From an uncultured Solirubrobacteraceae bacterium (GTDB lineage Bacteria; Actinomycetota; Thermoleophilia; Solirubrobacterales; Solirubrobacteraceae): a DNA stretch of 64,000 bases. The notes beneath the pieces are model-generated. The model was given only the letters and a program-made list of their open reading frames with translations. It searched no databases and was not told the origin of the DNA. Every line of letters starts with the position of its first letter. Position 1 is the stretch's first letter. The position numbers were made by a program, and so were the translations under genes. This document shows positions 49,528-60,052 of this stretch, in pieces. The stretch lies in contig CAWDCP010000002.1 in the NCBI GenBank assembly GCA_963800815.1, positions 12,437 through 76,436 on the forward strand, written 5' to 3'.

Positions 49528-52195
49528 TTACGTCACGCGCACAACGTTCGCCGTGCGCTCGAGCCACGCCCGCGGCGGGCGGACGATATCGCCGGGGAAG
49601 AGCCAGAAGAGCGTAACGTTCGTGAGGATCTCGTCTCTCGTGAAGCTCATCAGCCACGGCAGAGGGGAGCTGCGCGCTCCGGTTGGGATGAGCGTCCTTT
49701 TCGTCTTGCTTGGTTGTTTGAGCGGTGAGATCGTGAGCGTGCTGTGGCTGGTGCCGCTGCCGTTGCTTGCCGTGAGCGTCACAGCCACGGTTTCCGTCGC
49801 GCCCCGGAGCAGGTCTTTGACGGCGGCGCTCGGAAGCTTGAGCGTTGTGCCCGTGTGCGCGGTCACGGTCGCCTTAATTGTGGGCAGCGCGTAGCGCGTG
49901 ACCCGCGGGCGTTTGTGCCCTTTGAGCTTGAGTGAGACCGTCAGTATCGCTGAGGACCTCACGCCGGCGGTTTGATCGCAGGTGACCTTGACCGGCAGCG
50001 TGCCGCCCGTCGGCGACGCTCGGTGCTTGGAGTACGTGATCGTAACCTCGCCGGTCGAAGACGGCCGGCACTTCGGCGCTTTCCGCGACGCCGGGACGAG
50101 CACCCCCTTGCTCGTTGCCGAGGTCCTGCCGCCGGTGTTCGTCGCCGTCACCTCGCAGGTCAGCGTGTGCCCTTGATCGGCCGCTCGCACGGGGTACATC
50201 TGGTCCGTCGCGCCGGTGATCGCGATCCCGTCGCGGTGCCACTCGTAGCTGTAGGTCGGACTGCCGGACCATGTGCCGGCCGAGCATCTCAGCTGCTGCC
50301 CGACAGCGGGAGTCTTGGAGATCGACGGCGCCGCCGTGTTCACCGGCGCCGCCATGTCAACCGGCGGCGCCACGTACGTGTACGCGTCGGCCGCCCCGGT
50401 CGCGCTCGTTCCACCGAGCGTCAGCACGGTCACGTCGACGGTCCCCACCGACTCGGCCGGAGCGGTCGCTGTGAGCTGCGTATCGCTGAGGACCGTGAAG
50501 ATAGCCGACACGGTGCCGAACTTCACATGGCTCGCGCCGGCCAGGTTCATACCCCTGATCGTGACCGAGTTCTCTCCCGCCACGGGACCTGCCGACGGAG
50601 ACACGCTCGACACGGTCGGTGCCGCCGGCACGATCGCGACCACGCCTGTCCCCGTGATCGACGCGTCGCTCGTATCGGTCGCGGTGATCGTCTGGTTACC
50701 CGCGGCCTTCAGCGTCGCGCTGAACGTGCCGAACCCGTTTGACAACGTCGTGTTCGCCGGCAGCACCACCTGACCGTCACTGCTGGTGAAACGAACCGTA
50801 CCCGCGTAACCGGTGTCCGCATTGTTGGACTGGTCAAGCGCCGTAACCGTGAAGCTGAACGCAGATCCCGCCGTCATCGACGCGGGTGCTACCACCGCGA
50901 AGTGCGTCGCCGCCGCGGCGACCGCGGGAGGCGCCTGGCCGGCAAGAATCGCGGGGCGCAGCGCCATGAACTGATCGAGCCCGACCTTGAGGACGGCGTC
51001 AGCAATGCTCGTCACCTGCATCGTCCGCGGGTCGCGCCCGTCGAAGAACTCGAACACGCCAACGACGAGCGGAGTGACGCCCAGCAGGAACTGCTGCTGG
51101 GTGGGGCCGTCGTCCATCAGCAGGGCGGTCTCGCCGAGCAGGACCGGCTTGCCGTAGGCAGCGAACGCGTTCACGAGCGCGACGGCGGCGGCCGCCTGCC
51201 CGGTCTGCGGGTAGTCGTGGACCGTGAGCAGATCCAGGTAGGGGACGACGTTGTCGGGGGCGAACGCGCCGGCGAGCGTCGGCAGGAGCCCGATGGTGAC
51301 CGGCCGGTCGTCCTCGGCGCGGACGGCGGCCGCCATCGTCTGCGTCCAGGCGCGGGCGAGCGCTGCATCGTCAACGCCGTTGCCGCGGGCCATCGACTGC
51401 ACGAATGACCAGACGCCGATCTGGCCGGAGTACCGAGTCCCCGTGTCGGAGATGACCGGTTCGGAGGTGAGCTCGTAGCAGAGGACCGCAGGCGAGGCGG
51501 CCGCGGCGGCCGCGACCGCCTGCCAGAACTGGACTTGGACCTGCCAGCGGGCGCTGTCGCTCATCTGCTCATACCAGGCCGGCGAAAGGTTCACGCGCCA
51601 GACGAGGTCGCCGGTGATATCGAGGTAGATGCCGTCGCTGGCCGCAAGCGAGAGCAGATCTGCAGAGCGGTCAGCGTGCTCTGCCGGACGGTTGTCGGGC
51701 CGCTCATGACCTGCGAGAGCTCAACGTAGACGCGCATGCTGTTCGCTCCCATGTTCTTCGCGGTCTGCAGCTCAGCGGCAAGCGTCTGATAGTTCTGCGC
51801 GGTCGGGTTGTCGAGGTAGGTGAGCGTCGGCATATGGTTGCCGGTACCCCAGTTGAACCCCCAGGCCCGGAACGGAACCGAGCCGGCGTACAACTGTCCG
51901 GCGCGGACGGTGATGCGCGGCATGGCGGAACTGGTGGTCGCCAGGGCGGTGATGCGCGGCATCGCGGAACTGGTGGTCGCCAGGGCGGTGGCGGCGCGAC
52001 CGGTGGCCGGCGAGATAGGGGCGGCCGGGGGCAGTTGGGCGCGAGCGGCGGCGGCCACCGGCAACGCAACGAGCACGCCAATGAGCAGGAGCGCGGAGGT
52101 GAGCAGGAGCGCGCCACCGGCCGGGAACGCGCCGGGGGCAAGGCGCAACGCGAAGCACACGGCTGCCACCCCAAGAACTGTCGATGTCGTCAACA
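49528..52195 (-). CDS. Secreted GH5-like (clan GH-A) glycoside hydrolase + Ig-like + IPT/TIG + basic C-terminal domain; frameshift near 51659; own start codon not evident
   Basis: FRAWGFN, MGANSMRV, then GIYLDIT, YELTSEP, TVHDY, KPVLLGET; PTVSSVSPSAGP IPT; PVNTAAPSI..YEWHRDG. Confidence 0.75.
51908..51990. repeat. 39-bp tandem duplication (TALATTSSAMPRI x2)
   Basis: Units at 51908 and 51947 differ at one base. Confidence 0.9.
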
Positions 52196-52810
52196 GGCAC
52201 AGCAGCGCTGCATCTCCCTGGCCAGTTGTGGGGTTGTATCCCGGATAGACGATGACCCGCGAGACGCCCGACAACTGCCGCGTGCTCGCGTCAGTCCAAT
52301 CGAGACTATCCGTGACCACGCCATATCCCGCCGCCGGATTCAACGATCCTGTCGTGGTGTCCTCCGCACAATGCCCGGCGGTGAGGATCACATTGGCCGA
52401 TACGACGGTCCCCGTGCACAAATCGTAATAGCCGGAACCTACGGAGTCTTCGATGAACGCGAGCCATGGAAAGGTGCCGGCCGGAGCGGGGGTCCCGCCG
52501 ACGATCCTCGGAACCGATCGAGGCGTCGCGTTTACGAATCGACCCGCTGCTCGCGAGAGCGAGCGCCGGTCAATGCCAGCGAGGCAAGGATCGCAACGCC
52601 GATCACCACAACATGCGACCGTGCCCGCGAGCTCACGCCCGAGTGGTCTCGGTCCCCAATCGCCGGCCCGATTGTCGACCGGTGAGACGCGAAGCGATCC
52701 GCGAGACTCCGTTGGAACCCTCTGCGAGTGAGAGCGGCACAGACCTGGTCGCCCGGCGAGGAGTTCGCCGACGGCTCGGCTGTTGGGACCGTACGTATGA
52801 AGCGATTCAT
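52196..52810 (-). pseudogene. N-terminal half of a trypsin-like (S1) protease gene
   Basis: PRIVGG..FPW..CTGTVV..LTAGHC..DAALL; no GDSGG; leader and signal peptide (ATG 52810, RBS GAGGGA) out of frame near 52560. Confidence 0.8.
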
Positions 52811-53110
52811 GGTCCGTCCCTCGCTCGATCTACGCCCACGCACATGTTCGCCCGCCGTCAGTGCAACGCCATCGGTAGGACGCCTCGGTCCCGCGCGGCT
52901 TTCTACGCGCATTGACCACCGCATGGGCCGAGATGACCTCGAGGTCGTGCAGACGACGGCGCGACCGGTGTGAGCGTCTCAACCGACTCGTCGGCCTCGT
53001 GCTCAAGCGACCAGACCGTGAGGTGAGCTGGAGCACCGCCATGGCTGCACGGCGAACGGCCGGGTGGACGTCACGGCCCTGGGGCGCTCGCGACTGATTA
53101 GGTTCGGGGG

Positions 53111-54834
53111 ATGAGGCGCCTCGACGTGTCCCCTCCCCTGACGGAGACCATCGCCGCCCCGACGCCCGAGGGTAGACCCCGCACGGTGTCCGCCGTCTGG
53201 GCGGTCGTGCTCGTGCTCTGTACGGCCGGGGCCGTCGTGGTCGTGGTCCTGGGCGCGAGGTTGTCGTTCTTCAACGACGATTGGTACTTCCTGCTCCAAC
53301 GGCCGGGGATCGAGTCCGGCGGCGCTCTGAACACCCTCCTGGCCCCGCACAACGGCAACATCGTGGTGCTGCTGGCGCTGCTGTTCAAGCTGCTGGTCGC
53401 AGTCTTCGGCCTGGGAACGCAGCTGCCGTTCCGGCTGGTAATCGGCATCACGTTGGCGTGTCTTGGGGCGTTGGTGTTCGTGCTCGTGCGCGGGCGGATG
53501 GGGCTGCTCGTGGCCGTGGCGGCAACCGCCGTGGTCCTCTTCCTCGGCCCGGCGTGGGAGGTCACGCTGTTCTTCGCGGCATTCAGTCATCTCGGTCCCC
53601 TGACGCTGGGTGTGGCCGCGTTGCTCGCGCTGGAGGTCGACACGCCGAAGCGCAACGCAGCGGCGTGCATTCTGCTCGTCTGCGCGACGCTGTTGGGCAA
53701 CCCCGCGATCGCATTCGTCATCGGAGCCACGATCGCGATCGCGCTGCGGCGGCGTCCGGCGGAGCTGTGGATCACCGCGACTCCGGCGGCGCTGTTCGCG
53801 CTCTGGTGGCTCTTCTACGGCCGCGAGCAGCCGTCGGGCGTATCCATGCACAACATCGTGCACCTACCGCACTACGTGCTCAATTCGGTTTCGATCGGGC
53901 TGGCGTCGATTACCGGCCTCAACCACGGAGCGCCACCGGTGGCGCTGAACCGCGGCCACATACTGGTTGTCGTTCTCGCTCTGGCGCTCGTCGTCCGACT
54001 GATTCGGGGAGGCCGACCCGGATCCTGGATCTTCGTCATCGGCGGGACGGCATTGGCCTTCTGGGCGCTGACGGGAGCCGGTTACATGTTCGGGCGAGAG
54101 CCGTACGCCAGTCGATACCAGTTGGCCGACGGGGTGTCTCTGATCTTGATCGGCGCCGAACTGCTGCGCGGGACTGCACTCCCCCGCGCGCTGTCGGTGC
54201 TGATCGCCGTCGCCGCGCTCGGCGTGGTGGTGGCCAATCTGTTGGCCCTCAGTACCGGCTTCGTCTTCATGCGACGCGAAGCCGGCTACGTGAAGGCCGA
54301 TCTCGGCGCGCTGCAGGTCGCCGGCTCTCGCGCCCCGGCACGCCTCTGGCTCGTGCAGCCCGTGGCGCGGGACGGCTTTCTCTCCGGGGTGACGGCCGGC
54401 CGGTATTTCGCCGTGACCCGGGCGCACGGGACGCCGCCGTACGACACACCGGCCCAGATCGCCGCCGCCCGGCCGATCAACGGCAATCGGTTGACAGCGT
54501 GTTGGTGGCGGCCTACGGGATCGCGCCGCAGCCGATCCTCGGCCGGGCCGGCCTCGCGGCCTGCCCGCGACTGGCGGCCACGACCGGTCCGGCGGGTCCG
54601 GAGCGGACGCTGGCAGCGGGTGCCACCGTGATCTGGGATCTGAGCACCACGCCTTTGGTGGTCAGGGTGAGACGATTTGCGGCGCCCGAGATGACCGTTC
54701 CGGTGGGATTCCTGGCCGGCCGGTCGGCCGCCCGGATCGTGATCCCACCCGACACCGTCGCGCAACCATGGCGACTGAGCATCGAGAACCCCCGACGCGC
54801 GCCGGGCGTCGAGGTCTCGGTGTGCGGCCCGTAG
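53111..54834 (+). CDS. Polytopic membrane protein, GT-C-like; frameshift near 54470
   Basis: FFNDDW after the first TM, PHNG, SRY; about 11 hydrophobic segments; C-terminus continues as ADQRQSVDSVL..VSVCGP in the next frame. Confidence 0.72.
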
Positions 54835-54960
54835 CCTCCCACCGGGCCGTTGCGCTCACGTGCAGGCCGCTGCGTCCGGCTGCACCACGGAATCCGAGCT
54901 GCCGCTCGATCCGCCGCAACCCGCGAGGGCTGTGACAGGTGGGAGGCTGGACCGACGCGC

Positions 54961-56097
54961 TCAGGCCAGCGCTGCGGCCACGCCGGCCGCCGCCGCCAGC
55001 GCGATCGAGGCGCCCCGGGCGTCGCCGATCAGGCCGCCCTCCATACGGTTCATGACGTAGGCGATGGTGACCCGGGCGTCGAGGTCGTTGAAGATGAGCG
55101 AGCCGCCGTATCCGCCCCAGGCGCAGGAGCGGGGGCCCATCGGCATGGTGGCGCTGGAGAGGCCGTAGCCGAGGCCGAACCGGAGCGGAACGGCGAGCAC
55201 GAGATCATCGCCGTTGGATTGCTCCTCGAACAACGCCTCGACGCCCTCGGGCGAGAGCAACTTGACGCCGCGCGCCTCGCCGTGGCAGGAGATGAGGGAC
55301 TGGATCATGGCCACGGAGCGGGCGTTGCCGTGGCCGTTGGCGGCCGGGATCTCGGCGCGCCGCCACCACTCCTCGGTGCTGGTCTCGGCGGTGATGACCG
55401 GGTTGCTGAGCGAGCGCACGCCGATTTGCGACAGCTGTAGAGCGTCCAGGTCGGCGGGCGGCGGCGGGATCAGCGGCGCGATGCGGGAATCGGCCTCGGG
55501 CGGTGTGCCGATGTGGAAGTCGGCGCCGAGGGCGCCGGCGACCTCGTCGGCGAAGAAGCGCCCGAGAGAGGTGCCCGTGATACGGCGCACGAGCTCGCCG
55601 ATGAGGTAGCCGTGGGTGACCACGTGGTAACCGGACGCAGTGCCGGGCTCCCACCAGGGCGCCTGGGCGGCGAGCAACGAAGTGCAGCGCTCCCAGTCGG
55701 CGAGATCCTCGGAGGCGAGCGGCACGTCCCACCCCGAGAGTCCGGAGGTGTGTCCGAGCACGGCGCGGACCTCGATCGCCTCCTTGCCCGCCTGGGCGAA
55801 CTCGGGCCAGTATCGGGCGACCGGGGCATGGACGTCGAGCTCGCCACGATCGGCGAGGATCAGGGCGCAGAGGGCGGCCATCGTCTTGGTCGTCGAGAAC
55901 ACGTTGACGATCGTGTCCTCGTGCCACGGCTCGGTCCGCGCGAGGTCCGTGTAACCGCCCCAGATGTCGACCATCGGCTCGCCGTCGAGGAGCACCGCGA
56001 CCGACGCACCAACGTCGCTGCCCGCGTCGAGGCTGCGGGAGAGCGCCTCGGCAACGCCGGCGAAACGTTCGTCGAAGTGGCCCTTGATCTCCGCCAT
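54961..56097 (-). CDS. Serine hydrolase, beta-lactamase class C/EstA family
   Basis: FSTTK, LGHTSG, WEPGTASGYH, WGGYGGS. Confidence 0.92.
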   Translation of the reverse strand: MAEIKGHFDERFAGVAEALSRSLDAGSDVGASVAVLLDGEPMVDIWGGYTDLARTEPWHEDTIVNVFSTTKTMAALCALILADRGELDVHAPVARYWPEFAQAGKEAIEVRAVLGHTSGLSGWDVPLASEDLADWERCTSLLAAQAPWWEPGTASGYHVVTHGYLIGELVRRITGTSLGRFFADEVAGALGADFHIGTPPEADSRIAPLIPPPPADLDALQLSQIGVRSLSNPVITAETSTEEWWRRAEIPAANGHGNARSVAMIQSLISCHGEARGVKLLSPEGVEALFEEQSNGDDLVLAVPLRFGLGYGLSSATMPMGPRSCAWGGYGGSLIFNDLDARVTIAYVMNRMEGGLIGDARGASIALAAAAGVAAALA

Positions 56098-56234
56098 GGG
56101 GTCGAGCCTATCGCCCGTGGGCGGTCGAGCGCGCCTGCGCGAGCAGTGGCGAGCAATCCGAGGCCGACGATCACGTCGATGATGCGAATTCGAAACCCCG
56201 AGCCGACCGCCGTCGCGTGCACCGCCGCCGCATC

Positions 56235-56684
56235 TCAGTCATGCCCGGGGGCGCCCTCCGCCGACCGCGGCCGCGTCGTCGCGGCCGCCAACCGGCTCAG
56301 CGCCAGGCGAACCCGGTCGTCGCGCTCCTCCGCGGCCGGGTCGGTCCAGCGCCAGACCACCCCGGAATCGATCACGAACGCATCCCGGCGGTGGCTCTGG
56401 ACGCGCTGCACCGCGATCTCCACGGCCACGACACCATCCACGAGGTCCCCCTCGAGCACCCGTGCGGTGCCGTGAGCCGTGAGAGCGACGTCGCCCGCGG
56501 ACAGGATCACCAGCGCGACCAGCGGATCGGCGCGCAGACGGGCGAGCGAGGTACGCGCGGCGGCAAGGGCCAGCAGCACCCGCTGCGGACCGGCCCGGAG
56601 CGCCGCCGAGACGGGAATCGCATGCGGCGCGTCGCCGTGCGTCGAGAGGATCGTGACGGTTCCAGGTGGCCACTCGGGCAGCAT
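56235..56684 (-). CDS. Pyridoxamine 5'-phosphate oxidase-like split-barrel protein
   Basis: ILST..PHAIPVS..SLARLRADPLVAL..TAHGTARV. Confidence 0.7.
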   Translation of the reverse strand: MLPEWPPGTVTILSTHGDAPHAIPVSAALRAGPQRVLLALAAARTSLARLRADPLVALVILSAGDVALTAHGTARVLEGDLVDGVVAVEIAVQRVQSHRRDAFVIDSGVVWRWTDPAAEERDDRVRLALSRLAAATTRPRSAEGAPGHD

Positions 56685-56695
56685 CGCCAGGGACG

Positions 56696-57541
56696 CTACC
56701 GGGGTGGCAGCGGAGCCGCGGACCGGAAGGCCGGTGAGGCGGGCACCCACATGCGGCCCTCGGAGCGGTAGGGCTCCGGGTCGGGGCGCAACGCCCCGAA
56801 CTCGTCGTGGAAGCGGTCCATGACCAGCGCCGAGCAGGCGGCGTCGAAGGCGTGCTCGGTGGACGCGGCCTGCTCGAGCAGTGCCGGCGGCTGCGGCCCG
56901 TACAGGGGCAGGTGAGCCTCGCGGCTGGCGCGGTTGCGCTTGGTCACAGCTCCGGTGAGCAGACGCGGATAGATCTCGACCGCCAACGGCCCGCCCTGCG
57001 AGAACGTCGCGAACGGCCACACCCGGAATCCGCTCCGATAGAGCCGCGCGAGGATCGGCATGCCGCGAATCGAGCCCGGCCCGACCTGGCCGCTGCCGAC
57101 GAGCTGGAAGACCGACTTGGGCGCGATCCGCTCCCGCCGGGCGGCGTCGCGATCGGTCACCCGGAGCGCGCGCTCGGCCCCGACGTCGATCTGCTTGCGG
57201 TCGCCGCTGCGCCCCCAGAACGGCCACGGCGCCTCGCCGGTCAGCCACTCCTCACCGCAGGCGGCGATCACGTCCCAGAGGGCAGGCGGTGGCGGCAGCC
57301 CCTGGTGGCGCAGGAACCACAGCGGGAACGAGAACGCGAAGTCGAGGCCGACGACCATCGGCACCGCCTCCCCACCCGCGTGTCCCAGCTCCCGTGCCCG
57401 CGCCGGCAACCACTCCGCGACCTCGTCGCGGTTCAGGCCGGTGTGGATCGCCTGCAGCGCACCGTGCTCGGATACGGCCACCGCGATGTCGCGCCGGCCG
57501 CCGCCTTTCGCCCCCGACCAGTCGACCGCGACCACCAACAT
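56696..57541 (-). CDS. DUF429-like RNase H-fold protein
   Basis: AVDWSG, GLDFAFSFP, RVTD, VEIYP, HAFDA, EGRMW. Confidence 0.78.
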   Translation of the reverse strand: MLVVAVDWSGAKGGGRRDIAVAVSEHGALQAIHTGLNRDEVAEWLPARARELGHAGGEAVPMVVGLDFAFSFPLWFLRHQGLPPPPALWDVIAACGEEWLTGEAPWPFWGRSGDRKQIDVGAERALRVTDRDAARRERIAPKSVFQLVGSGQVGPGSIRGMPILARLYRSGFRVWPFATFSQGGPLAVEIYPRLLTGAVTKRNRASREAHLPLYGPQPPALLEQAASTEHAFDAACSALVMDRFHDEFGALRPDPEPYRSEGRMWVPASPAFRSAAPLPPR

Positions 57542-57619
57542 GCCCCCGCGCAGGCTATCGCGCCCTCCCGGCGTACCCTCGCGCCAGGGCACCACCGTCT
57601 GTACCCTCAAGTCACACGC

Positions 57620-60052
57620 ATGGCGTACGCTGAGCAGAGCCCAAGGATGAGGGGGCCGATCAACGAGCATGCCTCCGCTCTCGCCCATGAATGGCGGTCG
57701 CTGACCCGGGTCGCGACGGCCGTGGCGCTGCTGACCGCGCCCGCATTCTTCATCGTCCTGTACGACTCCGACCACCTCGGGCTGATCGGGTCGCTGGTGA
57801 TCACGGCGATCGGCGTGCTGCTGTTCCGGGGCGCGGTTGAGGTGATCGCGCGCAAGCTGATCCCCTCCCCCAGCCTGTACGGCGCCGATGCGGAGCTGCG
57901 CGAGGAGGACATCGTCGCGCGCCGGCGCTTCTGGTACTGGCGCGGACGGTTCCGGCTGCTGTTCGTGCTGATCCTGATCGGCCTCGTGCTCCTGTTCCTG
58001 TGCCAGCTCCTGTTCTGGTTCGCGGGGGTTCCGTCCTCGTTCTTCAACCCGCTGCCGGCGCTCCGCCAGCTCTACCCCGCCTCCGAGCTGCCGCAGCTCG
58101 CGCTCGTCTTCGTGCAGCTGCCGCTGTTCTTCCTGATCAACTTCGCCATCTTCTTCGGCCCGTTCCTGCTGATGGCCGTGCGCCAGATCCGCAGCTACGA
58201 GCCCGGCGACGCCAGCTGGGGCGTGAAGATCGACGACGTCCGGGGCCAAGCGGAGGCCAAGGAGGAGATCACCCGCGTGATCACCCTGTGGCAGTCCGGC
58301 GAGGAGTTCGAGAAGGCGGGCGGCAAGCGCGAGCGAGGACTGCTGTTTCTCGGCGCCCCCGGCACGGGCAAGACGATGATCTCGAAGGCGATCGCGACGA
58401 ACTTCAACTGTCCCTTCGTGACGATCCCGGGCTCCGGCTTCGCGGGCATGTTCATGGGGATGGACGCCATCACCGTCTCGCTGCTGGCGCGGCGCGCACG
58501 GCGGCTGGCGACCAAATGGGGCGGGCAGTGCATCGTGTTCATCGACGAAATCGATGCCGTGGGCATGCGGCGGCAGGCTCTGGGCGGGGGCGCCCCGGCC
58601 GGCGCCGTCACGCCAACGAGCCCGGGCTCGTTGCACGACTTCTGCTTTTTCGGCCCCAACGGCGCGCTGACCTCGACCGGCGACCTGGTGGTGGAGACGC
58701 GCGAGTGGCGCGAGCGGCTGTTCGCGCAACGGGCAGAGGCCGCGCGGGCCGGGTACTCGACGTTCGGCGGCCGCGTGAGCGACCGGATCCGCCGCTACTA
58801 CCCCGGGTTCGGAATGGGCGGCGGCAGCGGCATGGCGCTCAACCAGTTGCTCGTGGTCATGGACGGCATGGACGAACCGCCGATGATGAAGAAGTGGTTC
58901 ACGAACCGCTTCAACACGTTCCTCGACGCGATGTTCGTGATCCCGCGGCGGATCGGCAAGATCTCGCTGCGCCTGAAGCCCGCCAAGGCCCGCACGGAGC
59001 AGATCTACTTCATCGGCGCCTGCAACGTGCCGATCGAGGTGCTCGACCCGGCGCTCACCCGGCCGGGGCGCATGGGCCGCCACATCTGGTTCCGCACTCC
59101 GACCAAGGACGACCGGATCGACATCTTCGACCTGTACCTGGGCAAGGTCGCCCACGAGCCCGACCTCGACACCGGGCGCCGCCGCGACGAGTTGGCCCGG
59201 ATCACCAACGGCTACTCCCCGGCGATGATCGAGCAGGCCTGCTCGATGGCGTTGACCGTCGCGCACGCCGAGGGCCGCAGGGTGTTCGGGTTCCGGGACA
59301 TCGTGCAGGCGATGACGACGGTCGAGTCGGGTACGGCGGTCGGGATTCAGTACGTCGAGTCCGAGACGCGGGCGGTCGCACTGCACGAGGCCGGCCACGC
59401 CGTCGCCAGCCACGTCTACGCCAAGGACGTGCTGTCGACGCGCCTGTCGATCCGGATGCGCGGCGGCTCGCTCGGACACCATCAGGTGATGGAGCGCGAG
59501 GAGCGGTTCTCGAAGTTCCGCAGCGAGGAGATCGGGAACCTGATCTGGACGCTCGGCGCGATGGCGGCCGAGCACGTGTTCTACCGGGAGAACTCGATCG
59601 GCGTGGGCGGCGACGTCCAGAGCGCAACGGCCCGAGCCGCGTGGATGGTCGGCATGTGCGGGATGGGGCCGCTGCCGGTCGAGCTCTCGGGGGAGTTCCA
59701 CAACCCGGAGGACGAACAGGCGGCGCGCGAGCAGGTCGAGAAGCGGCTGCAGCGGATCGGCGTGACGATCATGAACCGCTCGCAGTCGGGCGGCCCGATG
59801 AGCAGCGATCCGATCGGCGGCGTGCTCGGGGACCGTGACAAGCGAGCCGCCGCGGCCCAGCTGCTCGGCCAGGCCTACCTCACCGCCTACTCCCTGGTCG
59901 ATCACAACCGCGAAGCCGTGGAGCGGATCGCCACCGAGCTGATCGAGCGCAAGGAGATCTACGGCGACGAGGTGGTCGACCTGCTCAACAGCGTCGGGCT
60001 CCAGCGCCCCGAGCTGGACCTGCTCGACGAGAAGACGTGGCCCAAGATATGA
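57620..60052 (+). CDS. Divergent FtsH-like AAA+ / M41 metalloprotease with four N-terminal TM segments
   Basis: GAPGTGKT, FIDEIDAVG, LNQLLVVMDG, DPALTRPGR, HEAGH, AAE, GDVQSAT. Confidence 0.9.
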   Translation: MAYAEQSPRMRGPINEHASALAHEWRSLTRVATAVALLTAPAFFIVLYDSDHLGLIGSLVITAIGVLLFRGAVEVIARKLIPSPSLYGADAELREEDIVARRRFWYWRGRFRLLFVLILIGLVLLFLCQLLFWFAGVPSSFFNPLPALRQLYPASELPQLALVFVQLPLFFLINFAIFFGPFLLMAVRQIRSYEPGDASWGVKIDDVRGQAEAKEEITRVITLWQSGEEFEKAGGKRERGLLFLGAPGTGKTMISKAIATNFNCPFVTIPGSGFAGMFMGMDAITVSLLARRARRLATKWGGQCIVFIDEIDAVGMRRQALGGGAPAGAVTPTSPGSLHDFCFFGPNGALTSTGDLVVETREWRERLFAQRAEAARAGYSTFGGRVSDRIRRYYPGFGMGGGSGMALNQLLVVMDGMDEPPMMKKWFTNRFNTFLDAMFVIPRRIGKISLRLKPAKARTEQIYFIGACNVPIEVLDPALTRPGRMGRHIWFRTPTKDDRIDIFDLYLGKVAHEPDLDTGRRRDELARITNGYSPAMIEQACSMALTVAHAEGRRVFGFRDIVQAMTTVESGTAVGIQYVESETRAVALHEAGHAVASHVYAKDVLSTRLSIRMRGGSLGHHQVMEREERFSKFRSEEIGNLIWTLGAMAAEHVFYRENSIGVGGDVQSATARAAWMVGMCGMGPLPVELSGEFHNPEDEQAAREQVEKRLQRIGVTIMNRSQSGGPMSSDPIGGVLGDRDKRAAAAQLLGQAYLTAYSLVDHNREAVERIATELIERKEIYGDEVVDLLNSVGLQRPELDLLDEKTWPKI

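Noticed and set aside
52740-52810. Resemblance to the 3' part of a c-di-AMP (ydaO) riboswitch on the minus strand
   Set aside because: Core conserved segments are missing and the stretch reads as the leader of the trypsin gene after an RBS and ATG
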